Assembly: GCA_050250895.1 (NCBI GenBank)
Contig: JBFWNU010000006.1
Location: forward strand, 411,720-475,719
Length of the DNA stretch: 64,000 nucleotides
Source of the DNA: Vulcanimicrobiota bacterium
GTDB taxonomy: Bacteria > Vulcanimicrobiota > Xenobia > Xenobiales > JADMJV01
Direction: 5' to 3'
Shown here in pieces: positions 28,033 through 36,828 of this stretch. How positions within the stretch are numbered: the stretch's first letter is position 1; the number at the start of each line of letters is the position of its first letter. A program made the translations under genes and the position numbers. Under the pieces are notes generated by a model, which saw nothing but the letters and a program-made list of their open reading frames with translations, ran no database searches and was not told the DNA's origin.

Positions 28033-29727
28033 ATGTTGGTTCGTAGCTTGGCGTCCCGCCCCGTGCGCACGCCCGCCAGGTCTAGCCTCTCATCTCACGC
28101 TCAACCTGAAAACCAGCCAAAAGACCCCTCGACCTCCCGGTCGCGTCGTCTCGAAGCCAACCCTCTCTTCGTAGCCGGAGCGGCTCACGACGAGTTTCAG
28201 CTCAACCCCGCCAATCTAGAATTCGCCCGTCGTCAGTTTCAGCTCGACGACGGCTTCGCGCGGTTGGTCACTCAGGCCCCCGAGGCCCGTCTGTCGGTGG
28301 TCTATCACAACAGCGATTCGGGCATCGTGGTCGACGCCTACCGAGCCGCCGTCCCGGCCGGCAAAGACTCGGCCTTTACCGTCTATAAGGTGACCAACCC
28401 GGAATTCGACCCCAGCGCCACCTACCGCAACGAGCTTTTCACGCCGCTGCCCGGGGTGGGCTTCTTCGGCTCACCGCTGACCAGCAAGCAGGTGCCGGTG
28501 CCGGCCAGCGCCCCCCAGGGGCTAAAGGATCTGCTCAAGGCCAACGATTTCGAGCTCAAGGCCACCACCACCGAAGGCGAGTTTGGCCACACCCAGGCCT
28601 TCAAGAGCTATTTCGGGCTGGCCGACGACTTCGGTGTCGAGATGTATCAGCTCAAGAATCGCTCGTTTACCGAGAAGTTCCAGGTCTTTGCCCAACTCTT
28701 CCGAGCTGACCCCGAGTATCGGGTGCTCAAGATTTCGGACACCCTGGGCGACGTGGGCGCCGCCCTGCTGCTGGGGGTCATCACACCCAAGCTTTGGGAG
28801 CAGGGGGCTGCCTATGGCATCGCCTCGACCATCTCCTCGATCGGCAACGTCGGCAGCCCGCTGGTAGGCATCCTCGGAGAGAGCTTCCTGGGTAGTGTGG
28901 TCGACCGCGCCGTCAACTCCGACCGGCCCATGGAGAATCTAAAGAAGATCAACCTGGCTACGGCCGGGCTGAGTTCGGTCACGGCGGCCTGTTACTTCGC
29001 TCTGCATCCTCAGGTTCTGCAAGCGATGCCCACCAGCCCGGCTTCGACCTTTATCGGCCTTTACGCCACCTCGACGGTGGCCAGCGGCATCTCGGGGGTG
29101 ATGAGCGGCAAAGCCAGTTACGCCATCCACGACCAGATCATCAACAAAGGGCCTCACAGCCGCCCCGAATACACCAAGAACTTCTTCCAGATTCTGGGCG
29201 TTGAAGCTTCTATCAGCCGGGCCGTCTACCTTGGTAGCTACACTGGCACGGTAGCGCTGGCTTCGGCCTTTCCCGGGATCTCGGTGGCCATGGCCGGCAC
29301 CGGGGCGGCGCTGTGGGCGGGCAGCAACTTCATGTTCTCGCTCTATCATGACAAGCCCGACATGAAGGTAACCGTGGAAGGCAGCGCCTTCGTCCATCAG
29401 GGCGACCGCTACGTTTTCGACAGCGGTTGGGAACTCGAGTTCAACGGCCAGAATGGCCGTTTGCTCAAAGAGGACGATAACCACTATTCGGTCGAGTTTC
29501 GCCAGGGCGACCTGCGCATCAAGAATCCCGATTCGGTGGATTCGACCCACTCGCGTCGCTGGAAGGATTATCTTCCCGGTCCGCTCAAGCCCAAGTTTCT
29601 GGGCGAGAAAGAGCATTGGGAACTCGACGACGGTGACGAGAGCGTCTCTATCTCGCGCTACGGTGACACTCCTTATCGCTTGGAGTCGGTCTCGGATCGC
29701 GAATTTGTTCTCACCAGCCAGCAGTAA
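28033..29727 (+). CDS. Hypothetical membrane protein: disordered N-terminus, central TM bundle (half-MFS-like), beta-rich C-terminus
   Basis: GGAGGA SD; several TM helices including GSVVDR. Confidence 0.7.
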   Translation: MLVRSLASRPVRTPARSSLSSHAQPENQPKDPSTSRSRRLEANPLFVAGAAHDEFQLNPANLEFARRQFQLDDGFARLVTQAPEARLSVVYHNSDSGIVVDAYRAAVPAGKDSAFTVYKVTNPEFDPSATYRNELFTPLPGVGFFGSPLTSKQVPVPASAPQGLKDLLKANDFELKATTTEGEFGHTQAFKSYFGLADDFGVEMYQLKNRSFTEKFQVFAQLFRADPEYRVLKISDTLGDVGAALLLGVITPKLWEQGAAYGIASTISSIGNVGSPLVGILGESFLGSVVDRAVNSDRPMENLKKINLATAGLSSVTAACYFALHPQVLQAMPTSPASTFIGLYATSTVASGISGVMSGKASYAIHDQIINKGPHSRPEYTKNFFQILGVEASISRAVYLGSYTGTVALASAFPGISVAMAGTGAALWAGSNFMFSLYHDKPDMKVTVEGSAFVHQGDRYVFDSGWELEFNGQNGRLLKEDDNHYSVEFRQGDLRIKNPDSVDSTHSRRWKDYLPGPLKPKFLGEKEHWELDDGDESVSISRYGDTPYRLESVSDREFVLTSQQ

Positions 29728-29757
29728 CCCGGCCGCAACGGTGCGAATGGGGCGCGG

Positions 29758-30987
29758 ATGAATGTTCCCGGCATTCGCCGCGTCCCTCGCACCGGCGTAA
29801 TCTACGTGATGCATGAAGCCTCCAAGGCCGGCTTCGTCTATGGCTCACCCGACTGGGCCAATCTGGGCCAGGGGTCTCCCGAGAGCGGACCACTGCCCGG
29901 GGCTCCGCCTCGCATCAGTTCACTCGAGATCGATGTGAGTCATCACGCCTATGGGCCGGTCGAGGGGCTGGTCGCTCTGCGCCAGAAGGTGGCCGACTAC
30001 TACAACCAGCGCTTTCGCCAGGGTAAGGCTTCGCAGTATACCTATCGCAACGTCAGCATCGCCGGTGGCGGACGACTGGCCCTGACCCGCATCGCCGCGG
30101 CTCTCGACACCATCAACATGGGGCATTTCATCCCCGACTACACCGCTTATGAAGAGCTGTTGAGTTCGTTTCGCAACTTTATTCCGATTCCGATTCTGGT
30201 CGACGCCGAGAGCGGCTACAAGATCTCGCTGGCCGCACTGCGGCGCGAAATTCAGGGCCGTGGATTCGGGGCGGTGCTGTTGAGCAACCCATGCAATCCC
30301 ACCGGGCAGCTGGCCGAGGGTAATGAACTCAAGGCCTGGGTCAATCTGGCTCGCGAGCTACGTTGCACTTTCATCCTCGACGAGTTCTATTCGCACTATG
30401 TCTACACCGGAGAAGACGGAAAGATCGTGTCGGGCGCGGCCTATGTCGAAGATGTCGAAGAAGATCCGGTGATTCTGGTCGACGGCTTGACCAAGAACTG
30501 GCGCTATCCCGGCTGGCGGCTGAGCTGGACCGTCGGGCCTTCGCCGGTCATCGAGGCCATCGCCAGCGCTGGCTCTTTTCTGGACGGCGGCGCCAACCAC
30601 CCGTTGCAACGCCAGGCCATCGGTTTGCTCGAGCCCGACGTGGTGCAGCAAGAGACGGTGGCTATCCAGAAATGCTTTCGGGCCAAACGGGACCTGCTCT
30701 TGACCAGGCTTGGCGAACTGGGGATTCGGGTCGATGCTGACCCGGAAGGCGCCTTCTACGTGTGGGCTAATCTGAGTGGGCTCCCCGAACCCCTCAACGA
30801 CGGGCTCAACTTCTTTCGGGCCGGGTTAGAGCAGCAACTGATCACGGTGCCGGGAATCTTCTTCGATGTCAACCCGGGCCGCCGGCGCAGCAATGCGCGT
30901 TACCAACACTATTGCCGCATTAGTTTCGGTCCACCCGTCGAGCAACTCGAGAAGGGCCTGGATTCGATGGCCCGGATGCTTTCTTGA
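29758..30987 (+). CDS. PLP-dependent aminotransferase class I/II
   Basis: SNPCNPTG, DEFY, DGLTKNWRYPGWRL, GAFY. Confidence 0.92.
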   Translation: MNVPGIRRVPRTGVIYVMHEASKAGFVYGSPDWANLGQGSPESGPLPGAPPRISSLEIDVSHHAYGPVEGLVALRQKVADYYNQRFRQGKASQYTYRNVSIAGGGRLALTRIAAALDTINMGHFIPDYTAYEELLSSFRNFIPIPILVDAESGYKISLAALRREIQGRGFGAVLLSNPCNPTGQLAEGNELKAWVNLARELRCTFILDEFYSHYVYTGEDGKIVSGAAYVEDVEEDPVILVDGLTKNWRYPGWRLSWTVGPSPVIEAIASAGSFLDGGANHPLQRQAIGLLEPDVVQQETVAIQKCFRAKRDLLLTRLGELGIRVDADPEGAFYVWANLSGLPEPLNDGLNFFRAGLEQQLITVPGIFFDVNPGRRRSNARYQHYCRISFGPPVEQLEKGLDSMARMLS

Positions 30988-30990
30988 CCC

Positions 30991-31482
30991 TCAGGCTTCG
31001 AGGGTCCACTCTTGTTGTGAAGACAGGTCGGTGCGCTTCTTGCGTGTCTCGAGGGTCTTGACCAGCCCGGGGAAGTCGTCGAGGAACACATCGTAGACCT
31101 GCCCGAAATGGATGCCGTCGCTGATCAAAAGCGATTTCATCACCAGGTTGTTCTGAGGGGGGTTGATGGCGAGCCGCGACAGACTCAGTACGAACTTCTT
31201 GTTGCCTTCGCGGAAGGTGACATTGGTGTCGTTGATGACGATCTGCTTGGTGATGTTCTGGGCAAAAGCCGTGATGGTGACCCCGAGGATGGTCAAGCCG
31301 AGCACCAGCGGGATGCCGATGAATACAAAGCGTGTAGGGTCGTTTGAGCCAAACTTCGAGCCTGCGCTAATACCCAGAAACACCAGATAAACGCTGACCA
31401 GTGCAGCCGGAATCCCCAAGGCCCACGCTTTATTGGTGACCACACCGTTGAAGGTGCGCTCTTTTTCTTCGGTCTTCTTCAA
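30991..31482 (-). CDS. Hypothetical two-TM membrane protein with a beta-rich soluble domain
   Basis: Two hydrophobic helices followed by a beta-strand pattern. Confidence 0.65.
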   Translation of the reverse strand: MKKTEEKERTFNGVVTNKAWALGIPAALVSVYLVFLGISAGSKFGSNDPTRFVFIGIPLVLGLTILGVTITAFAQNITKQIVINDTNVTFREGNKKFVLSLSRLAINPPQNNLVMKSLLISDGIHFGQVYDVFLDDFPGLVKTLETRKKRTDLSSQQEWTLEA

Positions 31483-31538
31483 GCCCGACCCCCAAGTGTT
31501 TGAAAGATTTTCCGAGAAGCCGGGGAATTCCTGCTCGA

Positions 31539-32135
31539 CTATTTATCGAACGATACCGATTGACCGGTATCCCAGGCGGGATTCTCGAATCGAAAAGACT
31601 CCACCAGAGTTTTACCCTTTTTGACCTCGGCTCGGACAATCTCCGAGCGAGAATTGAGCCAGATGGTGGTCAACTGTCCGTCTTCGGCGCGAAAATCGAG
31701 CCGGTCGATCTGGTCCTTCGATTCTGCCAGGGTGGGTGGCAGTTTGTGCACCCTTTCAATCAATGCGCCATAGAGCGAATGATAGATGGGCGCGTCTTTC
31801 ATCTCTTGATGGCCGATCTCGCGCAGCACCACACTGCCAGAGGGGAACCGCATCAAGACTTTCTCGGCAGAAAGCGTCGGGTCGTACACGGCCACCGTGC
31901 CCGCCAACCGGTCACTTCCGGCCAGGATTTTGGTGCGCACGCGGTTCGGGCTGACGACCAGGCAGTCGAGGTGGTAGGTGCCGCGATTGTTGGTGTAGTG
32001 GCAAACTACGTGGTAGTCCTTGGCCGACTCGACTCTCTCTACCGCGCTGTGCCAGCAGCCGGCTGCATCTTTGTCGGCCAGGACCGGGGCGATGCACACA
32101 AGCAGGATGATATGACACCAAATTAGAGATTTCAT
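31539..32135 (-). CDS. Exported hypothetical protein (LolA-like fold suspected); paralog of 35047-35631
   Basis: Signal peptide; shared W..AK..Y..RG..RT.I..GTV.VYD..H.E..P.Y.S pattern. Confidence 0.7.
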   Translation of the reverse strand: MKSLIWCHIILLVCIAPVLADKDAAGCWHSAVERVESAKDYHVVCHYTNNRGTYHLDCLVVSPNRVRTKILAGSDRLAGTVAVYDPTLSAEKVLMRFPSGSVVLREIGHQEMKDAPIYHSLYGALIERVHKLPPTLAESKDQIDRLDFRAEDGQLTTIWLNSRSEIVRAEVKKGKTLVESFRFENPAWDTGQSVSFDK

Positions 32136-32929
32136 TCTCTATGAGAATTCCATCTCGTCCGGCTCGGTCCTTCAGCCAGCGTCAATCCAAAGAGGTTGAC
32201 GGTGGCTTCCTGAGTAGCTCGATCGATGTCGGAAGCATTGATTTGTCGCAGCTTGGCCACTGTCTCGACGATTAGTGGTATATAGGCTGGCGAATTGCGT
32301 TTGCCGCGATGAGGGATCGGCGCCAGATAAGGCCCGTCGGTCTCTACCAGTAGGCGATCCAAAGGACACTTCTGGGCCAACTCACGGACGTTCGCCGCCT
32401 TGGGAAAGGTGACCATGCCGGTCACTCCGAGATAGAGCCCAAGTTCGAGAAAGCGTTGGGCCCACTCCCAGCTCCCTGTGAAACAGTGGACTACGCCCCG
32501 GCAGGGCTGCTTTAGCAGCTCTTGGTAGAGAATCTCTTCGGCCTCCCGGCAGTGCAGGATCACCGGCAGATCAAGCTCGGCCGCCAGTCGCAACTGGCCG
32601 CGCAGGCTCACCAACTGTTGTTCGAGGGAGCAGAAGTCATAAAAGCACTCAAGCCCCGTCTCGCCGATGGCCACGGCGGCCGGAGCCAGTTGTCGCAGAG
32701 CCGCCAAGGTGTCCTCGCCCTGGTAGCTGGCGGCCTGGTGGGGATGAACCCCCACCGCCACCCTCAGCCGAGAATCGCTCTCGGCCATGCCCAGAGCGCG
32801 ACGCGCCGATTCGACATCGGTGGCGGGCACGATCACCCAACCCACGCCGGCCTGTTCGGCCTGATCCAATACCTGAGGCCAATCATCGGCATAGGGTTGG
32901 CTGTCGAGATGCACGTGGCTATCGATCAC
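32132..32929 (-). CDS. tatD: TatD-family nuclease
   Basis: IDSHVHL, GVHPH, IGETGL, HCREA, HCFTG, ETDGPYLAP. Confidence 0.95.
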   Translation of the reverse strand: MIDSHVHLDSQPYADDWPQVLDQAEQAGVGWVIVPATDVESARRALGMAESDSRLRVAVGVHPHQAASYQGEDTLAALRQLAPAAVAIGETGLECFYDFCSLEQQLVSLRGQLRLAAELDLPVILHCREAEEILYQELLKQPCRGVVHCFTGSWEWAQRFLELGLYLGVTGMVTFPKAANVRELAQKCPLDRLLVETDGPYLAPIPHRGKRNSPAYIPLIVETVAKLRQINASDIDRATQEATVNLFGLTLAEGPSRTRWNSHRE

Positions 32930-32995
32930 AAGCGGGGGTTCGAAGGGTCAGACGAGGTTCCTGGGCAACCAGAATCGAAAGTCTTATCGGTGGCG

Positions 32996-34393
32996 ATGTC
33001 TTTCGAGTTCCAGGCTCTTGACGAACAAGACCGCCTGGTTGCAGGCAGCCTCGAGGCAGCCTCGGCCGAAGAAGCTCGCGAAGCGCTGGCTGGCCGCTAT
33101 GCCCAGGTGCTGCTGATCACCGAAGCGACCGGTCGGCCCGAGCCTAAAGCTTCCCCCGAGGCGCCTCGGCGCAAAGTCGTCTATCTCTTCAAGGCTCTCG
33201 ATGCCGACGAAAACATCATCGAGGGCTCGCTGTTTGCTCCCTCGGTGGGGGTGGCCTGTCAGCGTCTCGAGAAGATGTATCGCGAAGTCATCTCGATTCG
33301 CGAGAAGAGTCAGGCAGAAGCCGCCGACGATGCACCGGTCGGTCGAGGAGCCTACGATCCCGAGGCGATCTCGCTCTATTTTCGGCGCTTGTGTTTCTCC
33401 ATCGAATCCGGCCTGGGGTTGCGCAGTAGTCTTCAGAACCTGGCTGAAAACGCCGACCCACCTATGCGACCGCTGTTCAAGCGGTTGACTCTGGCGGTGG
33501 AGTCCGGCAAGCCCTTCTCGCTGGCTCTCAAAGAGCAGCCCGGCGTCTTCGACGAGGCGCTGATTGCCATGGTTCGGGCCGGCGAAGCGGGCGGGGCCCT
33601 GGCGGCCGCGCTGTCCCGGGTCACCGAGATGCTCGAGTCGAATCTGACCTTGCGCAAGAAGAGCGCGGCTGTCTTTGCCTATCCGATGGCCCTGGTGGCC
33701 GTCAGCCTCACCATCCTGGTGCTGTTCGTCAGCTACGGACTGCCCTTAATCAGCCCCCTGGTGGAGCAAACCACGGTGGCCGCTCCCGGCATCACCCGCT
33801 TTTTGCTGTCGCTGAGAGAGCGTTTCACCCCCGGAACGCTGGGGCTGCTTTCGGTCCTGTTAGGCTCAGGCACGTTGCTGGCTCTGGCCATCGTCTTGCG
33901 CGAGGTGCAAAAGCCGGCCGCCGATCGACGTTGGAATGCCATCCTGCTTCGCTTGCCCATCATGGGTGAGCTGTTTCGAGCCGAAGAGAAGACGCGGGCG
34001 GTGCAATCGATCGCCACCTTGCTCGACGCCGGGGTGGCCCCGGCCCGCATTCTGGACATCGCCTCGCGCAGCGGTTGGAGTCCGCACTTGACGGCTAACT
34101 TCATGGGCGCCCGCCAGAGTTATTCGGAACTGCTGAGCCTATCGATGGCCCTGGAGCGCCATCGGGCCCTACCTGGCCACGTCATCGCCATGGTGCGCGC
34201 CGGAGAAGAGACCGAGCAACTGGCCGAGTTGGCTAGAATCGTGGCTCGAGTGGCTCAGCAAGACCTCGACCGGCGCCTGAGCGAGGTGCGAGGAGTGCTC
34301 GAGCCCCTTTCGGTGTTGCTGGCCGGAGGCGCGGCCTTCGTGGTGGCCGTGGCCGCTTTCGTGCCGATGATCAGTCTGCTGCTCGAGCTTTAG
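32996..34393 (+). CDS. Type II secretion F / PilC-family platform protein with a duplicated N-terminal module
   Basis: VESGKPFSLAL, MVRAGEAGG, AYP, MVRAGEETE, LEP. Confidence 0.85.
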   Translation: MSFEFQALDEQDRLVAGSLEAASAEEAREALAGRYAQVLLITEATGRPEPKASPEAPRRKVVYLFKALDADENIIEGSLFAPSVGVACQRLEKMYREVISIREKSQAEAADDAPVGRGAYDPEAISLYFRRLCFSIESGLGLRSSLQNLAENADPPMRPLFKRLTLAVESGKPFSLALKEQPGVFDEALIAMVRAGEAGGALAAALSRVTEMLESNLTLRKKSAAVFAYPMALVAVSLTILVLFVSYGLPLISPLVEQTTVAAPGITRFLLSLRERFTPGTLGLLSVLLGSGTLLALAIVLREVQKPAADRRWNAILLRLPIMGELFRAEEKTRAVQSIATLLDAGVAPARILDIASRSGWSPHLTANFMGARQSYSELLSLSMALERHRALPGHVIAMVRAGEETEQLAELARIVARVAQQDLDRRLSEVRGVLEPLSVLLAGGAAFVVAVAAFVPMISLLLEL

Positions 34394-34996
34394 TTCGTCG
34401 GCGGGGCGCGGAGGGGTTGACACATTGAGGCGGAACAGCACCTCATTGATTCTCGCCTCAAGCTTGGCTCCACTGTTCTCCGTTGGCTCGGAGAATGCAG
34501 AGAAACAGTGCTCTCGCGCAGTTGGCCTCCTTGGTGCCTCCACACCTTCGCTCTCTCGGCGCGTAGCCGCCGCGCCGCGTAGCCTTGGGCGGCTTCATCC
34601 TGGGCTCTGGCAGCTCTATACACACCGGCAAATTCGCCTCGGCCACTTCCGCACGGAAGTCGCGTCGGTCGCGGCGCAGAGGTCTGGCCCGGTGCAGCTC
34701 CCGAGCCACCGCCGTTTTGAGCACCCCGTTCGAGGTGGCCACGCTCTAACCCATAAATTCGCCAGGACGATCCCCCCACGTCCCGCACGACTCTCTCCGT
34801 GCCCTCCTGATCTCCGCGGTCTATTTCTCAGGCACCTCGGTCCCAGAACCGCCACCGACCGTCAGCAAAAGGCGCCACCCGGGCCGGAACACTCCGCGCC
34901 CCCCGCGTATCCCCGCGGTTTTCCAATCCAAGCGCCCACCTCGAGACACACCACCCCCTCGGCGGTTTCCCAAAGGGCGCCCACCACGCGAAAAGC

Positions 34997-35024
34997 AAAG
35001 AGCCCCGGCCAGCCGGGGCTCTTT
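34997..35024. terminator. Intrinsic, potentially bidirectional terminator
   Basis: AAAGAGCCCCGG-ccag-CCGGGGCTCTTT perfect inverted repeat; U-rich tail on the minus strand. Confidence 0.85.
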
Positions 35025-35046
35025 ATCTCTAATCCGAGAGCTTGTT

Positions 35047-35631
35047 CTAGAAGTCGGTCTTGGGGTTCGAATTCCAGCGGTAGCTCATGAAGCGGCGGGT
35101 CTCGGTGACGTGGTCCACTTCGCGCTCGGTCTTGATGATCTCGGCGTCATTGTTGGCCCAGATCTTGTACTCGTAGCCGGGGCACTTGAAGGTGAACTGG
35201 GTCTTGTCGCCCTGAGCCTTAGCCGTGGGAGCGCCACATTTGTCGGTCTGCTCGAAGATCATTTCGAAGATCGAACGATAGAAGGGAGTGTTCTCGACTT
35301 CTTTGTGGCTGTTTTTGCGAATGATCTCGCCGCCGCCGATGCGGGCGCGGACCATGTCGGGTTTCCAGCTCTTGTCATAGACGATGACGGTGCCTTTTTT
35401 GCTGGGGTCGGTCTTGGCCCGAACGATCTCGGTTCGGATCTTGTCGCCGGCAAAGGCGTAGTCAAAGTCGAGCTCGCCGCGCGGGCCCTTGTAGCTGTAG
35501 GTGAGCTGGAAGCTCTTGGCGTCGCGCGCCTTTTTCTGGACCTGGTCCCAGGTGACATCGGCCCATGCGCCCGTGCTGAGAAGGACGCTGAGGACGATAA
35601 GGCCCGCAAGCGATCTGTACAATTTCATCAC
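35047..35631 (-). CDS. Exported hypothetical protein (LolA-like fold suspected)
   Basis: GGAGG SD; signal peptide ending AWA; beta-rich. Confidence 0.8.
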   Translation of the reverse strand: MMKLYRSLAGLIVLSVLLSTGAWADVTWDQVQKKARDAKSFQLTYSYKGPRGELDFDYAFAGDKIRTEIVRAKTDPSKKGTVIVYDKSWKPDMVRARIGGGEIIRKNSHKEVENTPFYRSIFEMIFEQTDKCGAPTAKAQGDKTQFTFKCPGYEYKIWANNDAEIIKTEREVDHVTETRRFMSYRWNSNPKTDF

Positions 35632-35846
35632 TTAACCTCCGTAAAATCAGGCGAGCCCGTGATGTGCTCGCTTTGTTGAGCCGAATGACCCGGCGTGCTA
35701 TTCAACCCAAACCGGTCAGCCCTCGAGATGTTTCTCGTGCCCGATATACCCCTACTTTTCCTCCCACAAACTTCCCCCGAATTTTCCCCGCCCTCCCTTT
35801 GAGGAACCAAGCAGAGAATATCATCGTGGGCCGCGAACAGACGGTC

Positions 35847-36305
35847 ATGCATCTGCGGTGGCACAAAGGGTGGGGTGCCTCGGCACTCGAGGTGATCCTG
35901 GCTCTGGCGATCATCTCACTGGGCTTGCTGGGCGTGGCCTCGGTCTATACCTTTGGCGCCACCGCCAGTCGCACGAGTGATCGCCAGGTCGAGGCTCTGC
36001 GTCTGGCCGAAGAGTTGCTAGAAAAGATTCGGGTCCAGAACATGCCCTTCGAAGCCGGCTACCCCCCAGCCTGGCTGCGGCAAGAGGGCGAACTAGCCAG
36101 CGAAAAGGCGGTGCCCCTGGACAGCCCCCCCTTTCGGGGGCAGTTTCCAGCCGACAGCGGCTTCCTCAGGCAGGTGAGCATGCACCGACTGGCCCAGGCG
36201 GGCGACTATCGCTTTGACATCGTGGAGGTTGACGTTCGGGTCGGCTGGAGTCTTGAGGGGAGGGAGCGGTGGGTTGAACTCAAAGCCATCCATGCCAGAC
36301 CGTAG
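35847..36305 (+). CDS. PilV-like minor pilin, second paralog
   Basis: G|ASALEVILALAII; similar to 8642-9133 (IRVQNMPF vs VRSRNLPF; PPF; V.V.W). Confidence 0.75.
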   Translation: MHLRWHKGWGASALEVILALAIISLGLLGVASVYTFGATASRTSDRQVEALRLAEELLEKIRVQNMPFEAGYPPAWLRQEGELASEKAVPLDSPPFRGQFPADSGFLRQVSMHRLAQAGDYRFDIVEVDVRVGWSLEGRERWVELKAIHARP

Positions 36306-36828
36306 GGGCCTGGGGGCCGGCGAGGTTTTGGTAGCGACCGCCCTGTTGTTGCTGCTCGTGGCCACCGTGGTCAGCCTCTACAGTCGCTCCTATCAGGCTG
36401 TCGAAAGGGGAGCCAATCGGGTCGATCTGATTCGTCGGGCCCGTTTTTGCTGGAACGTCGTCTCCCAGACCCTGCGCAATGCCAGCCCGTCCGAACCCGG
36501 ATTGCCGGCCATCGAGTCGCCGCGGGTAGGGGACGAACCTGGCGATTCGGTGGTTTTTTCCAGCGCCGAGGACCTGTTCACGGGCGGACGGGGCGAATCT
36601 CGCCGCTATCGTCTGGTCAGCGTCCCTGACGAAGCCGGGGGCTCCATCGTGCTCGAGAGCCTGCAAGACGACAGTCGACGAGTGCTGGTGGAGGAAGTTC
36701 GTGCTTGCCGCTTCTCGCGGCCCGACCCGGGTTGCGTGCGCCTCGAGATCGAGGTGGCGGGCGCCCAGGAAAGGAGCTTCCACTGCAATGGCATCGTCGT
36801 GCTTCCAGACTATGTGGCCCAACCCTAG
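36292..36828 (+). CDS. PilW-like minor pilin, second paralog
   Basis: RRG|LGAGEVLVATALLLLL; RVDLIRRAR vs RIELVRRGR. Confidence 0.75.
   Translation: MPDRRGLGAGEVLVATALLLLLVATVVSLYSRSYQAVERGANRVDLIRRARFCWNVVSQTLRNASPSEPGLPAIESPRVGDEPGDSVVFSSAEDLFTGGRGESRRYRLVSVPDEAGGSIVLESLQDDSRRVLVEEVRACRFSRPDPGCVRLEIEVAGAQERSFHCNGIVVLPDYVAQP

Noticed and set aside
32522-32995. Upstream extension of the PilC-like ORF
   Set aside because: Antisense to tatD; PilC similarity starts at 32996
34884-34990. Type I-E CRISPR-like fragments (GGAACAC, ATCCCCGCG, CGGTTT)
   Set aside because: No identical repeats with regular spacers and no cas genes
34390-35090. ORFs 34390-34788, 34425-35090, 34458-34742 and 34616-34855
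   Set aside because: Arg/Pro/Ala-rich with no motifs and no consistent frame support; the longest crosses a terminator
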